The notes under the pieces were generated by a model. It saw only the letters and a program-made list of their open reading frames with translations, did not search any database and was not told the origin of the DNA. Below are positions 1 to 9,697 of a stretch of 64,000 nucleotides of DNA, piece after piece; the first letter of the stretch is position 1, and each line of letters opens with the position of its first letter. Made by a program: the position numbers and the translations under genes. This DNA is from a virus (taxonomy: Duplodnaviria; Caudoviricetes): the IMG/VR virus record IMGVR_UViG_3300014168_000003, positions 10,232 to 74,231 of that record; one strand, 5' to 3'.

Positions 1-963
1 TCTTCGAATCAAGAGCCCCCATTTGACCGACCGTGCGGCACTCAGCACCCCAGAACCGATAGCAATGTGCTCCTGGAGCTTCTGGACCTGTCTGAGGCTT
101 TTGCCTAGGCGAAGGTAGCGGGAAACCAGTTCGGTTGAAGGTAGGACCACCTGGGAGGCTTGACGGAGGGTTTTGACGCGACTTGAAGTCTGCGTCTTGT
201 GAAGCAAGAGGGTGTGAACCCTGTGGGCCTTAGCCACCTTTTGAGTGGACGGAGGGGTGATACGGTTTATGCTCTCCAGGGTCACGACCCTGCTCCACTG
301 CACAATTCTTTGATTCAACAAGATCTGCACGGTCTGAGCCGTAGCAATTTTCTGTCGTGTGTCATCATGCTTGGGTTTAAGGGACTCGAATACCCCAAGC
401 ACTGAGCTAATCTCAGCTATTTTGGTATGACCGGCTTGGACTTCCAGGGCCAACATCTTAGCCTGGGAGTTAATTTCTGTATTGTTCAGATTGATGGCTT
501 TTTTGCCTTGGTTCAACTGCTCAGTGTTGCTGAACAACCCAAACACGGAGTTCAACTCACTGGGGGACAGGTTCATCATGAACTGACTGTCAAACTGCCC
601 TGCGAACGTAGGGTCCAGCTTGGCTGAACCGATTGTGATTTCGCCCAGCTTCAAGTCTTTGATTGGCTGGGGCACATCCCCATTCAGCTTGGCGAAGTCT
701 TCCCCATTGACCCTGTAAGTGGTGGTCTTCCCTCTGGTCAGAACAGCCGTGGAGCCATTCTCTACTTCGAGCTTAAGCTCCACGGCTCTCTGACCATGAC
801 GGATGAAGGCATCCTGCACCTGATTTCGTAGAATACCGCGCAAGGATCTGACAATCGCGGATTTTCCTCGATTTGAACTGCCAACGATGATAGTAAACCC
901 GTTGACAGTCAAATCGAAATGTTTCCAAGACTGAAAATCCTTACCTACGAGCCGAAATTTCAT
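1..963 (-). CDS. SbcC/Rad50 (gp46-like) ATPase, N-terminal part plus coiled coil; runs off the window start
   Basis: Manual translation from ATG at 963 gives MKFRLVGKDFQSWKHFDLTVNGFTIIVGSSNRGKSAIVRSL (Walker A GxxNxGKS). The frame stays open to base 1, so it is absent from the ORF track. The start overlaps the upstream stop (ATGA). Confidence 0.85.
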   Translation of the reverse strand, partial: MKFRLVGKDFQSWKHFDLTVNGFTIIVGSSNRGKSAIVRSLRGILRNQVQDAFIRHGQRAVELKLEVENGSTAVLTRGKTTTYRVNGEDFAKLNGDVPQPIKDLKLGEITIGSAKLDPTFAGQFDSQFMMNLSPSELNSVFGLFSNTEQLNQGKKAINLNNTEINSQAKMLALEVQAGHTKIAEISSVLGVFESLKPKHDDTRQKIATAQTVQILLNQRIVQWSRVVTLESINRITPPSTQKVAKAHRVHTLLLHKTQTSSRVKTLRQASQVVLPSTELVSRYLRLGKSLRQVQKLQEHIAIGSGVLSAARSVKWGLLIRR

Positions 964-1523
964 GATTCCTCTTCAGGGGGAGTCTTGCAAGAGCAGCCTT
1001 CCTTGTCACATTCTTTCGTGGTTTCAGAGGCCATGATGTGGGCGATCAAATATTTGACCGCACTCTCAGTCATTACTCCCTTGATCGAAAGACGGAGGAA
1101 GGCTCTGATGAGATGAAAATTACGAAGGATGCAGAGCACTGTGGTAGCCAGGAGTGAGGCTGAAATGCAGAGTAAGGCTCCATGTAGCAAGGGCCAGTTG
1201 ATGAAGAGAGAGGCATAGTAGAAAATGGTGAACCAGAATGCCTTGTTAGCCCATGGGAACGGCTCGGCTAGCGCATCTACGAACTTCTCCAGTGTGCCCA
1301 TCTTCCGAAGGGCCTGATCGACCCCTCCGGAGTGGGCCACGGTGTAGGTCAAGACGCCTAGGAATCCAGTCAGATAGCCAGCCAGGATGATCCCTCCGGC
1401 CCACATTCCGTATTGCAGAGTAGCAGGGCTGTAGGTGAGGTTCGAGGCCATGAAGATAGTGGAACCCAACAAGGCGAGGAACCAGAAGGTTTTGAGAATG
1501 AGGTTGTTAGAATCGATAATCAT
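960..1523 (-). CDS. Multi-pass membrane protein of unknown function
   Basis: 187 aa with several hydrophobic segments and a Cys-rich C-terminus (CDKEGCSC); ATGA-coupled to both neighbours. Confidence 0.65.
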   Translation of the reverse strand: MIIDSNNLILKTFWFLALLGSTIFMASNLTYSPATLQYGMWAGGIILAGYLTGFLGVLTYTVAHSGGVDQALRKMGTLEKFVDALAEPFPWANKAFWFTIFYYASLFINWPLLHGALLCISASLLATTVLCILRNFHLIRAFLRLSIKGVMTESAVKYLIAHIMASETTKECDKEGCSCKTPPEEES

Positions 1524-2764
1524 GATAGATCCTGGTCCTCATCATCGAACGCCACCTTAGCGGTAATCTTCTGGTAGAAGTCTTCATCCGAAGAGGCCAG
1601 ATCCTCAAGGGAAGGCTCGATTGCAAACCCGCTCTCGTCATTCTCAATGGCCGCTATGACCAGTTCTCGCAGCTTTCTCAGAACTTCAGGATTCTGCTCG
1701 ACTACCAGATCTCGAATCGCGGAATCCTTGGAGTCGTAGACCATGATGGGGTCAGATTCCAAGCCCACGATATACTTGCGGCCCACATAGGAAATGAGCT
1801 TGTAGTGGTGAGCCAGTTCTCGGATGCTGATATTGTCGTCCAACCCTAGGCCAGGACGTAGGTAGAGCACACCCGCCCTGTAACCACCCATCGTGACCTT
1901 GTTCTTAAGGACACGAACGTTGATGCGGGTTGCCACATAGTTGTTGCCTTTGTTCTCACCGGGTTCGATATCCCAATCGGATTCGCCCCCACCCGCACGT
2001 AGGGCCTTGGCCACATTCACTTCGATGGTCAGAGAGGGAATGAAACGCATGGCGAATCCCCCCGGCAGCACGTAGTTGAGGTTGGTGATGGTGCTGTACT
2101 TCGCGGCTGATTGGCCCTCACGAGACCCATCAATTCGAGCACGAATCTGGTTGACCATGATCAACACACAGTCATAGTGCTGAGCGTAGGGAAGGAGGAT
2201 ATCGAAGAACATGTTCATAGTCTTGGCATGAGCACCAACGGTGTTCTTGAAAGCCTTCCCGTTCATGATCTCCTTCTCATCCACCATGGATTTCATGCGA
2301 GGAACGGAGTCATAGATGAACACTTTCACTCCAGCCTTCATCAGTACGATGGACTTCTGGATCGCTGCCTCAACGGAGTTGTTCTTGAAGACGACCAAAG
2401 CATCCCGGTCAGTATTGACCCCGTTGGACTTGAAGTATTCAGGAGTGCTGGTTCCTTCGAAGTCGAAGATGGCCGCAGCCTTTCCAGTCAGTCGCTGATA
2501 GGACTTGACGATGTTGTAGCAGAGGGTGGACTTACCACCGTGTTCCTTGCCGTGGATCTGAATGACCCGACCCCCGCCAGGGATACCCTTCAGTTGGAGA
2601 ACATGATCCAGGATGACCGATCCCATTGGCACGAAGGTCTCCTGAACCTCCATTTTCTGAATCGTTGGATCTTCTCCGAAGCCATCTAGGGCTTCAAGGA
2701 ATGCTGCCTTGGAATCAGGGAGTTCTCCTGCTTCTTTGTTGTGTTTAATGCGCTTTACTGCCAT
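1520..2764 (-). CDS. recA: RecA/UvsX-family recombinase
   Basis: SVILDHVL..GIPGGGRVIQIHGKEHGGKST (Walker A), FIYDSVPRM (Walker B), VNQIRARI, PGGFAMRF, VRVLKNKV. Confidence 0.95.
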   Translation of the reverse strand: MAVKRIKHNKEAGELPDSKAAFLEALDGFGEDPTIQKMEVQETFVPMGSVILDHVLQLKGIPGGGRVIQIHGKEHGGKSTLCYNIVKSYQRLTGKAAAIFDFEGTSTPEYFKSNGVNTDRDALVVFKNNSVEAAIQKSIVLMKAGVKVFIYDSVPRMKSMVDEKEIMNGKAFKNTVGAHAKTMNMFFDILLPYAQHYDCVLIMVNQIRARIDGSREGQSAAKYSTITNLNYVLPGGFAMRFIPSLTIEVNVAKALRAGGGESDWDIEPGENKGNNYVATRINVRVLKNKVTMGGYRAGVLYLRPGLGLDDNISIRELAHHYKLISYVGRKYIVGLESDPIMVYDSKDSAIRDLVVEQNPEVLRKLRELVIAAIENDESGFAIEPSLEDLASSDEDFYQKITAKVAFDDEDQDLS

Positions 2765-2772
2765 GGCTCTCC

Positions 2773-3651
2773 TTAGATGGTTATGGTGATCTTTTGCAGC
2801 CGCTTTTTCGGAGGAACGGTTGCGTCTTTTAAGCTAATACTGTATTCAGTGGGGGTGTAGGTGTACCAATATGCAGGATTGTGGAGGATGCCCTTAGTCA
2901 CGGTATGGGCTCTCTTACCTTTGCCCTTCACTACTGGAGTATTGTGGAGGATGCCCTTAGTCACGGTATGGGCTCTCTTACCTTTGCCCTTCACTACTGG
3001 AGTATTATCGCAAAGGCTCAGCAACATTGGGGATTCACCAATGAGGGAGGGTTCTGAACTAAGCAGTTGAGTGACCATGCGGCCATACTCAGCAAAGAGG
3101 ATCGCATCGCAAGAATCGGAATCGATGCCTGGGTAAGTTTGAGGGTCTGCAAACTCCTGGCTTTTCCGGACGTTCTCCCATTTGTTGTCTCCAGTGGCGG
3201 TCAATCCCATGTTGGACCGCATTGTGGCAGCATTTACCTGAAGTACATGCACTTCACTAAACAATTTACCAGTCAGAGGAAGTAGATGAGCATGAATGAT
3301 TTTGGAGAGAATGTTAAGGTAATCATTCCTGGGGGTGGGGACTTCCATACAAATAATCAAGCCATTTGGTTCCCAGCTACCAGTTGCAACAGTGCTCTGC
3401 CAATGCTGCATCATCTCTCCAATCGTACTGGCTATCTGTTGAGATCTAAGCCATGTAGGAAGAGAGGTATCATCGGGTTTAAGGGAGCCAATGTTTAACC
3501 ATTGAAAGGATGTACCCACCACTTTGGCAAAGGCAAAACCGGTGCGACTAAGGGAGGGGTCAAGTCCAATTACCAGCCATTTTTTATTATTTGACTTAGG
3601 AGGAAATGTGATTTTTTCTGCAAAAGTCTTCTTCGGTTTACGTGGTGCCAC
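2773..3651 (-). CDS. RuvC-like Holliday junction resolvase
   Basis: VIGLDPSLSRTGFA, ICMEVP and DSDSCDAILFA match the RNase H-fold acidic motifs; adjacent to recA. Confidence 0.8.
   Translation of the reverse strand: MAPRKPKKTFAEKITFPPKSNNKKWLVIGLDPSLSRTGFAFAKVVGTSFQWLNIGSLKPDDTSLPTWLRSQQIASTIGEMMQHWQSTVATGSWEPNGLIICMEVPTPRNDYLNILSKIIHAHLLPLTGKLFSEVHVLQVNAATMRSNMGLTATGDNKWENVRKSQEFADPQTYPGIDSDSCDAILFAEYGRMVTQLLSSEPSLIGESPMLLSLCDNTPVVKGKGKRAHTVTKGILHNTPVVKGKGKRAHTVTKGILHNPAYWYTYTPTEYSISLKDATVPPKKRLQKITITI
2878..3006. repeat. Perfect 63-bp in-frame tandem duplication (two units)
   Basis: attgtggagg...ctactggagt starts at 2878 and again at 2941, encoding NTPVVKGKGKRAHTVTKGILH twice. Confidence 0.95.
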
Positions 3652-3660
3652 TACTTCTCC

Positions 3661-3691
3661 AAAATAAAACGGGGAGCCCCGAGGCTCCCCG
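3661..3691 (-). terminator. Intrinsic terminator downstream of the SSB gene
   Basis: Hairpin cggggagcc-ccga-ggctccccg (3670-3691) followed on the minus strand by TTTTATTTT. Confidence 0.85.
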
Positions 3692-3710
3692 AGTCAAGCT
3701 CTTGGGCTAA

Positions 3711-4511
3711 TTACAGATCGCCATTGTCCGAGGCGTCATCATCGTTGGCTCCGGAGATGCCGGAAAGCAGGGCCTTCCACTCGATGGCGTTGATCTTGCG
3801 ACCCAGCCTTGCGGTGAGCAGCTTGCCATCCAACAGGGGCTGTACGGCCTCTTCGATAGCCGCGACCATCTCTGGATCCTTGCGGTAACGGGGCGTACGG
3901 GAGGCACGGGTGAGGGTGTAGCCGATACCAGTGGTCTCGTTGTGGGTCATGATGATGTCGAAGTCATAGACGGTCTCCGGATTCCCGTTGGCAGCGTCTT
4001 CATCTTCCATCATACGGTTGATGGCCGTGTAGTTGGTGCGACTGAGGTTGACATGACCAATCTCCCAGTCAGTTTCCACGATCTTTCGACCGTCCTTGTC
4101 CAGACCATATTTGCCGGTCTTGGGGTCGCAATTGGTGTATTTGACCACCAGGGCGACGATGGCCAGATTGGCATTGCCAGCCAGACCGGAAGTGCAGCAG
4201 ATGCCCTCATTCTCCTCTGTGGAGAGGCAACGGAACGTGCCCTTCTTATCGATGTAGTGATTGAACGCCTTCTTCGGCTTGATGAAGGGGAGGATGGCGA
4301 AGCGAACGGCCTTGCCCTTCTCCGGCTTGACCCGTGGCATCGGATCCTTCTTCTTCATCAGTTCGGTATCACCCCAGTCGCAGTCGAGTTCTTCCTCGTT
4401 CTCTAGAGTTTTCTTCCCTGCTGCGGGGGCTCCTTTTTGACCCGCACCGGCCTTTGACCCGGCCTTAAGGTCTAGCTCTTCGTCTTCGTCAAACTTTGGC
4501 TTGTTCGCCAT
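3711..4511 (-). CDS. Single-stranded DNA-binding protein, gp32-like
   Basis: KAVRFAILP..HYIDKKGTFRCL..CC, YDFDIIMT..GIGY; acidic termini; sits in the recombination cluster. Confidence 0.65.
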   Translation of the reverse strand: MANKPKFDEDEELDLKAGSKAGAGQKGAPAAGKKTLENEEELDCDWGDTELMKKKDPMPRVKPEKGKAVRFAILPFIKPKKAFNHYIDKKGTFRCLSTEENEGICCTSGLAGNANLAIVALVVKYTNCDPKTGKYGLDKDGRKIVETDWEIGHVNLSRTNYTAINRMMEDEDAANGNPETVYDFDIIMTHNETTGIGYTLTRASRTPRYRKDPEMVAAIEEAVQPLLDGKLLTARLGRKINAIEWKALLSGISGANDDDASDNGDL

Positions 4512-4540
4512 ATGTGTGCTCCTTGCTCTTTAATTGATAC

Positions 4541-5953
4541 TCAGAATGAGTCGTCAAAAGTGATCTTTCTTCGATCTTTTTTGACCGGTTGAACTTCCGC
4601 TGGTACTGCTGGTTTCTCTGGTTCTGGCTCTGGATTTACGGCTGGGGGCTCCGGGGTAGAGGCAGGGACAGAGATACCATCTTCATCATCTTCATCGTCA
4701 TATTTTGGCTTACTCTTAGGTTTGGGCTGGATGGCTTTTTCACCTTTTTCTTTCACCAGGGTGGGGCCATCTTCTCCTTGCACTACTTTGACATCTCCGA
4801 CAAATGGATCGTGGATGATTTCAGCCGGTTGTCTATTCCTGGTTATCTCTACAGCATCCCCTTCGACTTCATCAAAATCGTGACGCTTTACTACCAATGG
4901 AGTCCAAGTTTCTGGATGAGCAGCTACATATTCCGCATCCTCATTCGAGTTCTCCCCATGGGTAACTCCAGTGTCAGGAAGCTGGGCGAGTAAGTCTTCC
5001 ATTGAAGTGAGCTTGGGAGAGACCAGCATCTGGAGAAGAGCTTTATCTTCAGCTTCTTGAACCGCATCCAACTGCTCTTCATGCCATTTTTCTGCTGCCT
5101 CTTTGAGTTCCCCACCCAATACAATACCCACTTCTGGCTCTTCTACGGTGCCCTGAACCATCTTCACAATTTTGTCACTAAGCGGGTGGCCAGCAAATTC
5201 GCGCCTTTCGACGTAATTTGGATCTCCCTCATCAGATGGAAGCCCACTTTCAGACTCTTCCTCATCATCATATTTAGGCTTCTGAGGCTCCTCTGTAAGG
5301 GAGCCATACCGCTGCTTCAACAGAGGATAGGGGTCTTCGTTCTCCATTAAGCCTTGGCTGGATGGCATCCGCAGGAGAGAGGCATTGGCCTGTTCGGTGC
5401 CCAGCTTATACTTCTCCATGGCCAATTTCTTCGCACTCTTCAGATGCTCAATCAGCATACTGATCGCATCCTCCATGCCTTCCAGGACTACCTCTTCACC
5501 AATCAAACGGGTGAACTCTGATTCAGCCAGGGCCTTGCAGACAGAAGCCGTGAACTTAAGATCATGGGCCTTGAGGATTTCAGTGATGGCAATCTGGTAC
5601 CATACGGTGAATGCCGCCTCCAGTCCATCTTTGTTGTGGATGGCCGCACGGACTTTTCCCAAAAAGAATAGGGCTCGACTGTGAATGGATTCGATCTTAT
5701 CAGTGACCAACTGTAGAGACTGAGTGAGTTGCACCAGATAAGACTGAGCCGTGCCGGGGGCTACAGAGGATAGGAGAGTGATTTGCTCGACCCCATCCGC
5801 TTCTTTCAACAACCTCAAGTAGTAGTCATCAAAGGAGTAAGCCTCCTCAGATGATTTGTAGGTGAAGGTCGAGCGGAGCTTTTCCACCTTCTCAAGCAGC
5901 CCTGTTCCCTCCAGGACCGTCTCAGCTTTCAGTTGATTCAATATCGGTAACAT
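4541..5953 (-). CDS. Hypothetical protein with helical N-half and acidic disordered C-half
   Basis: 470-aa ORF co-oriented and abutting neighbours; E/D/P-rich C-terminus. Confidence 0.7.
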   Translation of the reverse strand: MLPILNQLKAETVLEGTGLLEKVEKLRSTFTYKSSEEAYSFDDYYLRLLKEADGVEQITLLSSVAPGTAQSYLVQLTQSLQLVTDKIESIHSRALFFLGKVRAAIHNKDGLEAAFTVWYQIAITEILKAHDLKFTASVCKALAESEFTRLIGEEVVLEGMEDAISMLIEHLKSAKKLAMEKYKLGTEQANASLLRMPSSQGLMENEDPYPLLKQRYGSLTEEPQKPKYDDEEESESGLPSDEGDPNYVERREFAGHPLSDKIVKMVQGTVEEPEVGIVLGGELKEAAEKWHEEQLDAVQEAEDKALLQMLVSPKLTSMEDLLAQLPDTGVTHGENSNEDAEYVAAHPETWTPLVVKRHDFDEVEGDAVEITRNRQPAEIIHDPFVGDVKVVQGEDGPTLVKEKGEKAIQPKPKSKPKYDDEDDEDGISVPASTPEPPAVNPEPEPEKPAVPAEVQPVKKDRRKITFDDSF

Positions 5954-6263
5954 CTACTTCGCCTCTTTCAGTCAAAAATTGTTTCACTCGTTCGGTGCGT
6001 TTCCGGCCCATAGCAATCAGATCCTTGAACAATGGGGCCTTCACGACTCCTCCCACGTACCTGCTGCCCTGCACTGCTTCCCATGCCTCTAACTGAAGAT
6101 CCAGAACCCTTTTCAAGATCTCATCATAGTCATTGATGGGGATACCTTCCTGCCCTTCAGGGACTTCACCACGCAGCGAGACAAATCGTTCAGACCCTCG
6201 TCCATAGTCTACATCCCCGACTTTAAGACTAACCATCACTGCTGTTACGGTCATATTGGTCAA
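5922..6263 (-). CDS. Hypothetical protein
   Basis: 113 aa, overlapping both neighbours in operon fashion. Confidence 0.65.
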   Translation of the reverse strand: MTNMTVTAVMVSLKVGDVDYGRGSERFVSLRGEVPEGQEGIPINDYDEILKRVLDLQLEAWEAVQGSRYVGGVVKAPLFKDLIAMGRKRTERVKQFLTERGEVDVTDIESTES

Positions 6264-7029
6264 CGGTCTTCTCCATCTTGGCTATTCTGGTCTGAACCGG
6301 ATCATTTGCATCGGTCAGCATCTTTTGATTAATACCCGTTATCCCGATGCCCTGGTGAACGTCCATTTCAGTTGTTTTTTTCACTTTTGCTCCACTCTCT
6401 CCCTTTGATTCTTCCCTAGTTATATGAACAAACCGATCCAGTCCGAGGATGTCTTTAATGAAGTCTTTGAACGACAGAGGGATAGCTTTATCATCCTTCA
6501 TCTTGGCAAAGTTAGGATTGACTAGCCATGTCAGATTCTTCTTTCCCATCCGATCCCCGATCAGCATCCGAACATTATCATAGTGCTGGACGTAAGGGGG
6601 CCACATGGCGGCTCTGATAATGAGAAGCTGAGGGGCGGTCAGAAGAGCGAACTTCTCCGCATAAGGCATGTTGCCAAACCGGATATCGGTTACTTCCACC
6701 ATCGTGGTTTCTCTCCACGTAATGGGACGGCGACCCTTGCTGATTGCATCATAGAACTCATCTGTCAGGGCCTTTCTCAGATGAACTGAGAACGCCTCCA
6801 TACTCCCATCCAGAGAGTCCACCTCTATGAGTCCATTCCCTCTTCGTTTGAGCAAGAAGGGGGAGAGTTTTGAGGGCGAACTGATCTCAGGGAATGTAGT
6901 CAGAGAGCCTAGTTGAGTCGCCAACTGCCTCTTAAAAAAACAAGTGCAGAACTCCAACATTCCGTTAGCAAGTCTTATGTACCCGGAGCCGTTGCAGCGA
7001 GGGCATTCCGGAGTTTCATTTAGGTCCAC
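6229..7029 (-). CDS. DnaC/helicase-loader-like protein with N-terminal Zn finger and no recognisable Walker A
   Basis: CPRCNGSGY...CTC N-terminus typical of phage DnaC-like loaders; no GxxGxGK[TS]. Confidence 0.45.
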   Translation of the reverse strand: MDLNETPECPRCNGSGYIRLANGMLEFCTCFFKRQLATQLGSLTTFPEISSPSKLSPFLLKRRGNGLIEVDSLDGSMEAFSVHLRKALTDEFYDAISKGRRPITWRETTMVEVTDIRFGNMPYAEKFALLTAPQLLIIRAAMWPPYVQHYDNVRMLIGDRMGKKNLTWLVNPNFAKMKDDKAIPLSFKDFIKDILGLDRFVHITREESKGESGAKVKKTTEMDVHQGIGITGINQKMLTDANDPVQTRIAKMEKTVDQYDRNSSDG

Positions 7030-7032
7030 TTA

Positions 7033-8988
7033 TCACCATTTCTCAGAAAACTCGAACGATTTCTTCTTGTTCTTATTACTCTCTTTGGGCTCCTTCTCGA
7101 AGCTCATCACATAATCTTCCCCCTCCCCTATTGCTTCTGCGAGAATTTTACCCTTCAGATAGTCCCCCATCTTGGTAGTTTTGACATGGGCAGTCAAAAG
7201 TTCTCTGAACTCCTTATCGTCATTCAGTGTCTCCATGCCGCTAGATAGGTCTAGATCATTTCCGGTATCCAACAACCCCGCCGCATGGGACTCTCCGAGG
7301 ATGATGTCAAACACCCCCTTTTTGCCTCGCAGCGTATCGATCACATATTCATCAATCGTGCCCTTCGCACATATCACATGCAGGGTGCAGACTGAGTGGG
7401 GACTTGACATGCGGACCATCCGACCCACCAATTGGATCAATGCCCCCCAGCCCCATGGAGCATCCAAAAGAATCATGTGGGCTGATTGCTGAAGATTAGC
7501 TCCTTCCATAATGGCTGTGTTGATGAACAACAGGTTATGGTCAGGATCAGTCTGGAACAACCGTTTATTGGTATCCCGTTGTTTCTCATCTTCAGCCCCA
7601 GTGATACGGAGGAATTTTCGATCAGTGTAATGCCCCTCTTTGCAGAGGTGTTCAAATCGATCAATCCATTTCCTGGATTTAGTAAAGACCAGAACCTTCT
7701 CTCCTGCAAGTTCTCCGTCTAGAAGCTCAAGCAGGGCCTCTTCCTTGGGGCTGAGAGACCTAGTGAAGAAGGCTTTCTTATCCGTAGGGTCAATCAGGCA
7801 GGGGTGATTCGAGATCAACTGCATGACCGACAACATGGTCATCCGATTATCCGCATCTCGTTCCTTCTCTATGAGTTCCCCGGCTATCTTGTGGATAGAA
7901 GGCGGGAGCACCAGTTTCTTACTCCTGATGTCCTCCAGCATTTTAATCTGCTTAGCATCCAGATCAATCGGGTGGTAGAGGGTAGTGAGTTTTGGCAACG
8001 GCTCCTTTACCTGAGCACAGGAACGACCCAGATAGAAGGGACGCATCCCGATTTTGAACTCTTTAACGTTCCGATAGCCAACCAGCGAAGGCTTTTGTCT
8101 CCCGTTACCGATATAGGACATCTGATACTTACAGAACCGATCCCTGAACTTAGACATCCCTCCGAAGGGGCGGATTCCGATTGCGCTGGCAATACTATAG
8201 AACTCATCCAGACTATTCTGAATGACCGTAGCGGTCATGGCCCACACTCGCCCCACTCGGCTCTGCAACTCCAAAATCATCTTGCGAACCTGGGTGGTAG
8301 TGGATTTGAATTTCTGAGCCTCATCACAGATCAGGATCAGTTTCTCTCCGTAGGGCTCCACAATCTGGATCAGGTCTTTCACTTCCTGGCTCAGTTCTTC
8401 TCGTTGGCCCTTCTCAATGGGGTAGCCCTGCTCATCAAACTCACCTTCCAGTGATTTGGTTCTGCCGATGAGAGAGGAGTATTTGCATATCATCACATCG
8501 CACATGTCATTTTTGAGGAAGTCTTTAATCTGAGCAAGCCTAGCCTGCGATCCTTTTAATCCTTTATAAGAATCAGTAGCCACATGAGTCCGGAGTGTAG
8601 TGAACTCATCAAACCCCTCCGTCTTCCACTGATAGGTGGTTGATTTAGTGCCAAGGACCAGGATTTTACAACCGTGCTTCTCATGCAGGTACGCAGCCGC
8701 AGCAATGCTCTCTAGGGTCTTACCCAGCCCCGTTCCTTCCCCGTTGATAAATCGATGCATCTTGATCAGATGAGCCGTCATCTGGGTCTGAAAATTCTTG
8801 AGCTTTACAGGCTTATGCTGAGTCAGAGAGAACTCTCGAAAGCAAGATGGGACGGGCACTGGAATAGGCCCATCCTCTGGATCGTGCTTTCGGATTCGAT
8901 ACAGTAACTCCAGCATCTTCACTGGGATGCCTTCATTTTCCGTATACGGTGTAACCAGTGGGCACTGTTCGTCCACGCTTATCCTCAC
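7033..8988 (-). CDS. SNF2-family (SF2) helicase/ATPase
   Basis: GTGLGKTLESIAAA (I), ICDEAQKFK (II), MTATVIQN (III), EGANLQQS..LLDAPW..QLVGRMVR (V/VI). Confidence 0.92.
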   Translation of the reverse strand: MRISVDEQCPLVTPYTENEGIPVKMLELLYRIRKHDPEDGPIPVPVPSCFREFSLTQHKPVKLKNFQTQMTAHLIKMHRFINGEGTGLGKTLESIAAAAYLHEKHGCKILVLGTKSTTYQWKTEGFDEFTTLRTHVATDSYKGLKGSQARLAQIKDFLKNDMCDVMICKYSSLIGRTKSLEGEFDEQGYPIEKGQREELSQEVKDLIQIVEPYGEKLILICDEAQKFKSTTTQVRKMILELQSRVGRVWAMTATVIQNSLDEFYSIASAIGIRPFGGMSKFRDRFCKYQMSYIGNGRQKPSLVGYRNVKEFKIGMRPFYLGRSCAQVKEPLPKLTTLYHPIDLDAKQIKMLEDIRSKKLVLPPSIHKIAGELIEKERDADNRMTMLSVMQLISNHPCLIDPTDKKAFFTRSLSPKEEALLELLDGELAGEKVLVFTKSRKWIDRFEHLCKEGHYTDRKFLRITGAEDEKQRDTNKRLFQTDPDHNLLFINTAIMEGANLQQSAHMILLDAPWGWGALIQLVGRMVRMSSPHSVCTLHVICAKGTIDEYVIDTLRGKKGVFDIILGESHAAGLLDTGNDLDLSSGMETLNDDKEFRELLTAHVKTTKMGDYLKGKILAEAIGEGEDYVMSFEKEPKESNKNKKKSFEFSEKW

Positions 8989-8996
8989 CTTACGTA

Positions 8997-9176
8997 TTAC
9001 TCGTATTTCCAGGTTGGGGGCTCTTCCACCGCATCAGAAAGATGTAATTTGACACTTGATTCTGAGTGTCTGCCGATCCCGTGTCGATGCTTTTTGATTT
9101 CTTTATGATCCTTCTGGTCAATCGCCGTGTCCATCAGATCTTCAATATCTTCAACCTTCTTGGGCCTCTGCGTCAT
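8997..9176 (-). CDS. Small hypothetical protein (59 aa), below the ORF-track cutoff
   Basis: Manual translation MTQRPKKVEDIEDLMDTAIDQKDHKEIKKHRHGIGRHSESSVKLHLSDAVEEPPTWKYE*; fills the gap between genes. Confidence 0.55.
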   Translation of the reverse strand: MTQRPKKVEDIEDLMDTAIDQKDHKEIKKHRHGIGRHSESSVKLHLSDAVEEPPTWKYE

Positions 9177-9465
9177 CGTACGCTCCTTTAGCGAGTAGGT
9201 GATTAATCACAAACTGCGGTTTGGTCTGGTACCATCGTCCCTTGGTCTTCCATTCTACTATCATATTACTTGATAATTCGAATCTGCCAAAGGTAGGGTC
9301 ATCAACCATCAAGGCGTATTTCACAGCTTTATCAAATGAATAAATGGCCAGCCACACTTGGGGGAACAACCAGCCGTTGACGCGCAATTCCAACTGGTGG
9401 ATGCGGTAGTCAACGGGAAACATGTCAGTTCCCGGTATGACTGGGGTTGCGCTCCAATTCTGCAA
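9151..9465 (-). CDS. Hypothetical protein
   Basis: 104-aa co-oriented ORF. Confidence 0.55.
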   Translation of the reverse strand: MQNWSATPVIPGTDMFPVDYRIHQLELRVNGWLFPQVWLAIYSFDKAVKYALMVDDPTFGRFELSSNMIVEWKTKGRWYQTKPQFVINHLLAKGAYDDAEAQEG

Positions 9466-9667
9466 TACCCTTATCGGTTATAGCAAAAATACGCTCTCCG
9501 CTGTCATACGTGGCCGTGGGCCGGATGAACTTCCTCTGAGTCAGCCTATACATAAGCAGATCGTTATCATAGGGAAGCGCAGATTCATCAATCACCCCAC
9601 CCTGACGTAGGATGCGATCCAACACCTGACAAGACTGTTTCACGGTGTCCATTGTGTCCCCTTTCAA
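9425..9667 (-). CDS. Small winged-helix-like protein
   Basis: RLTQRKFI...RIFAITDKGIAEL resembles the wing and terminal helix of PadR/MarR-type wHTH. Confidence 0.45.
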   Translation of the reverse strand: MKGDTMDTVKQSCQVLDRILRQGGVIDESALPYDNDLLMYRLTQRKFIRPTATYDSGERIFAITDKGIAELERNPSHTGN

Positions 9668-9697
9668 GAGAAGCTCGTAGTGGTAAACTAGCTGGTT

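Noticed and set aside
2878-3006. CRISPR array
   Set aside because: Contiguous in-frame duplication with no spacers; no repeat-spacer array or cas gene was seen anywhere in the window.
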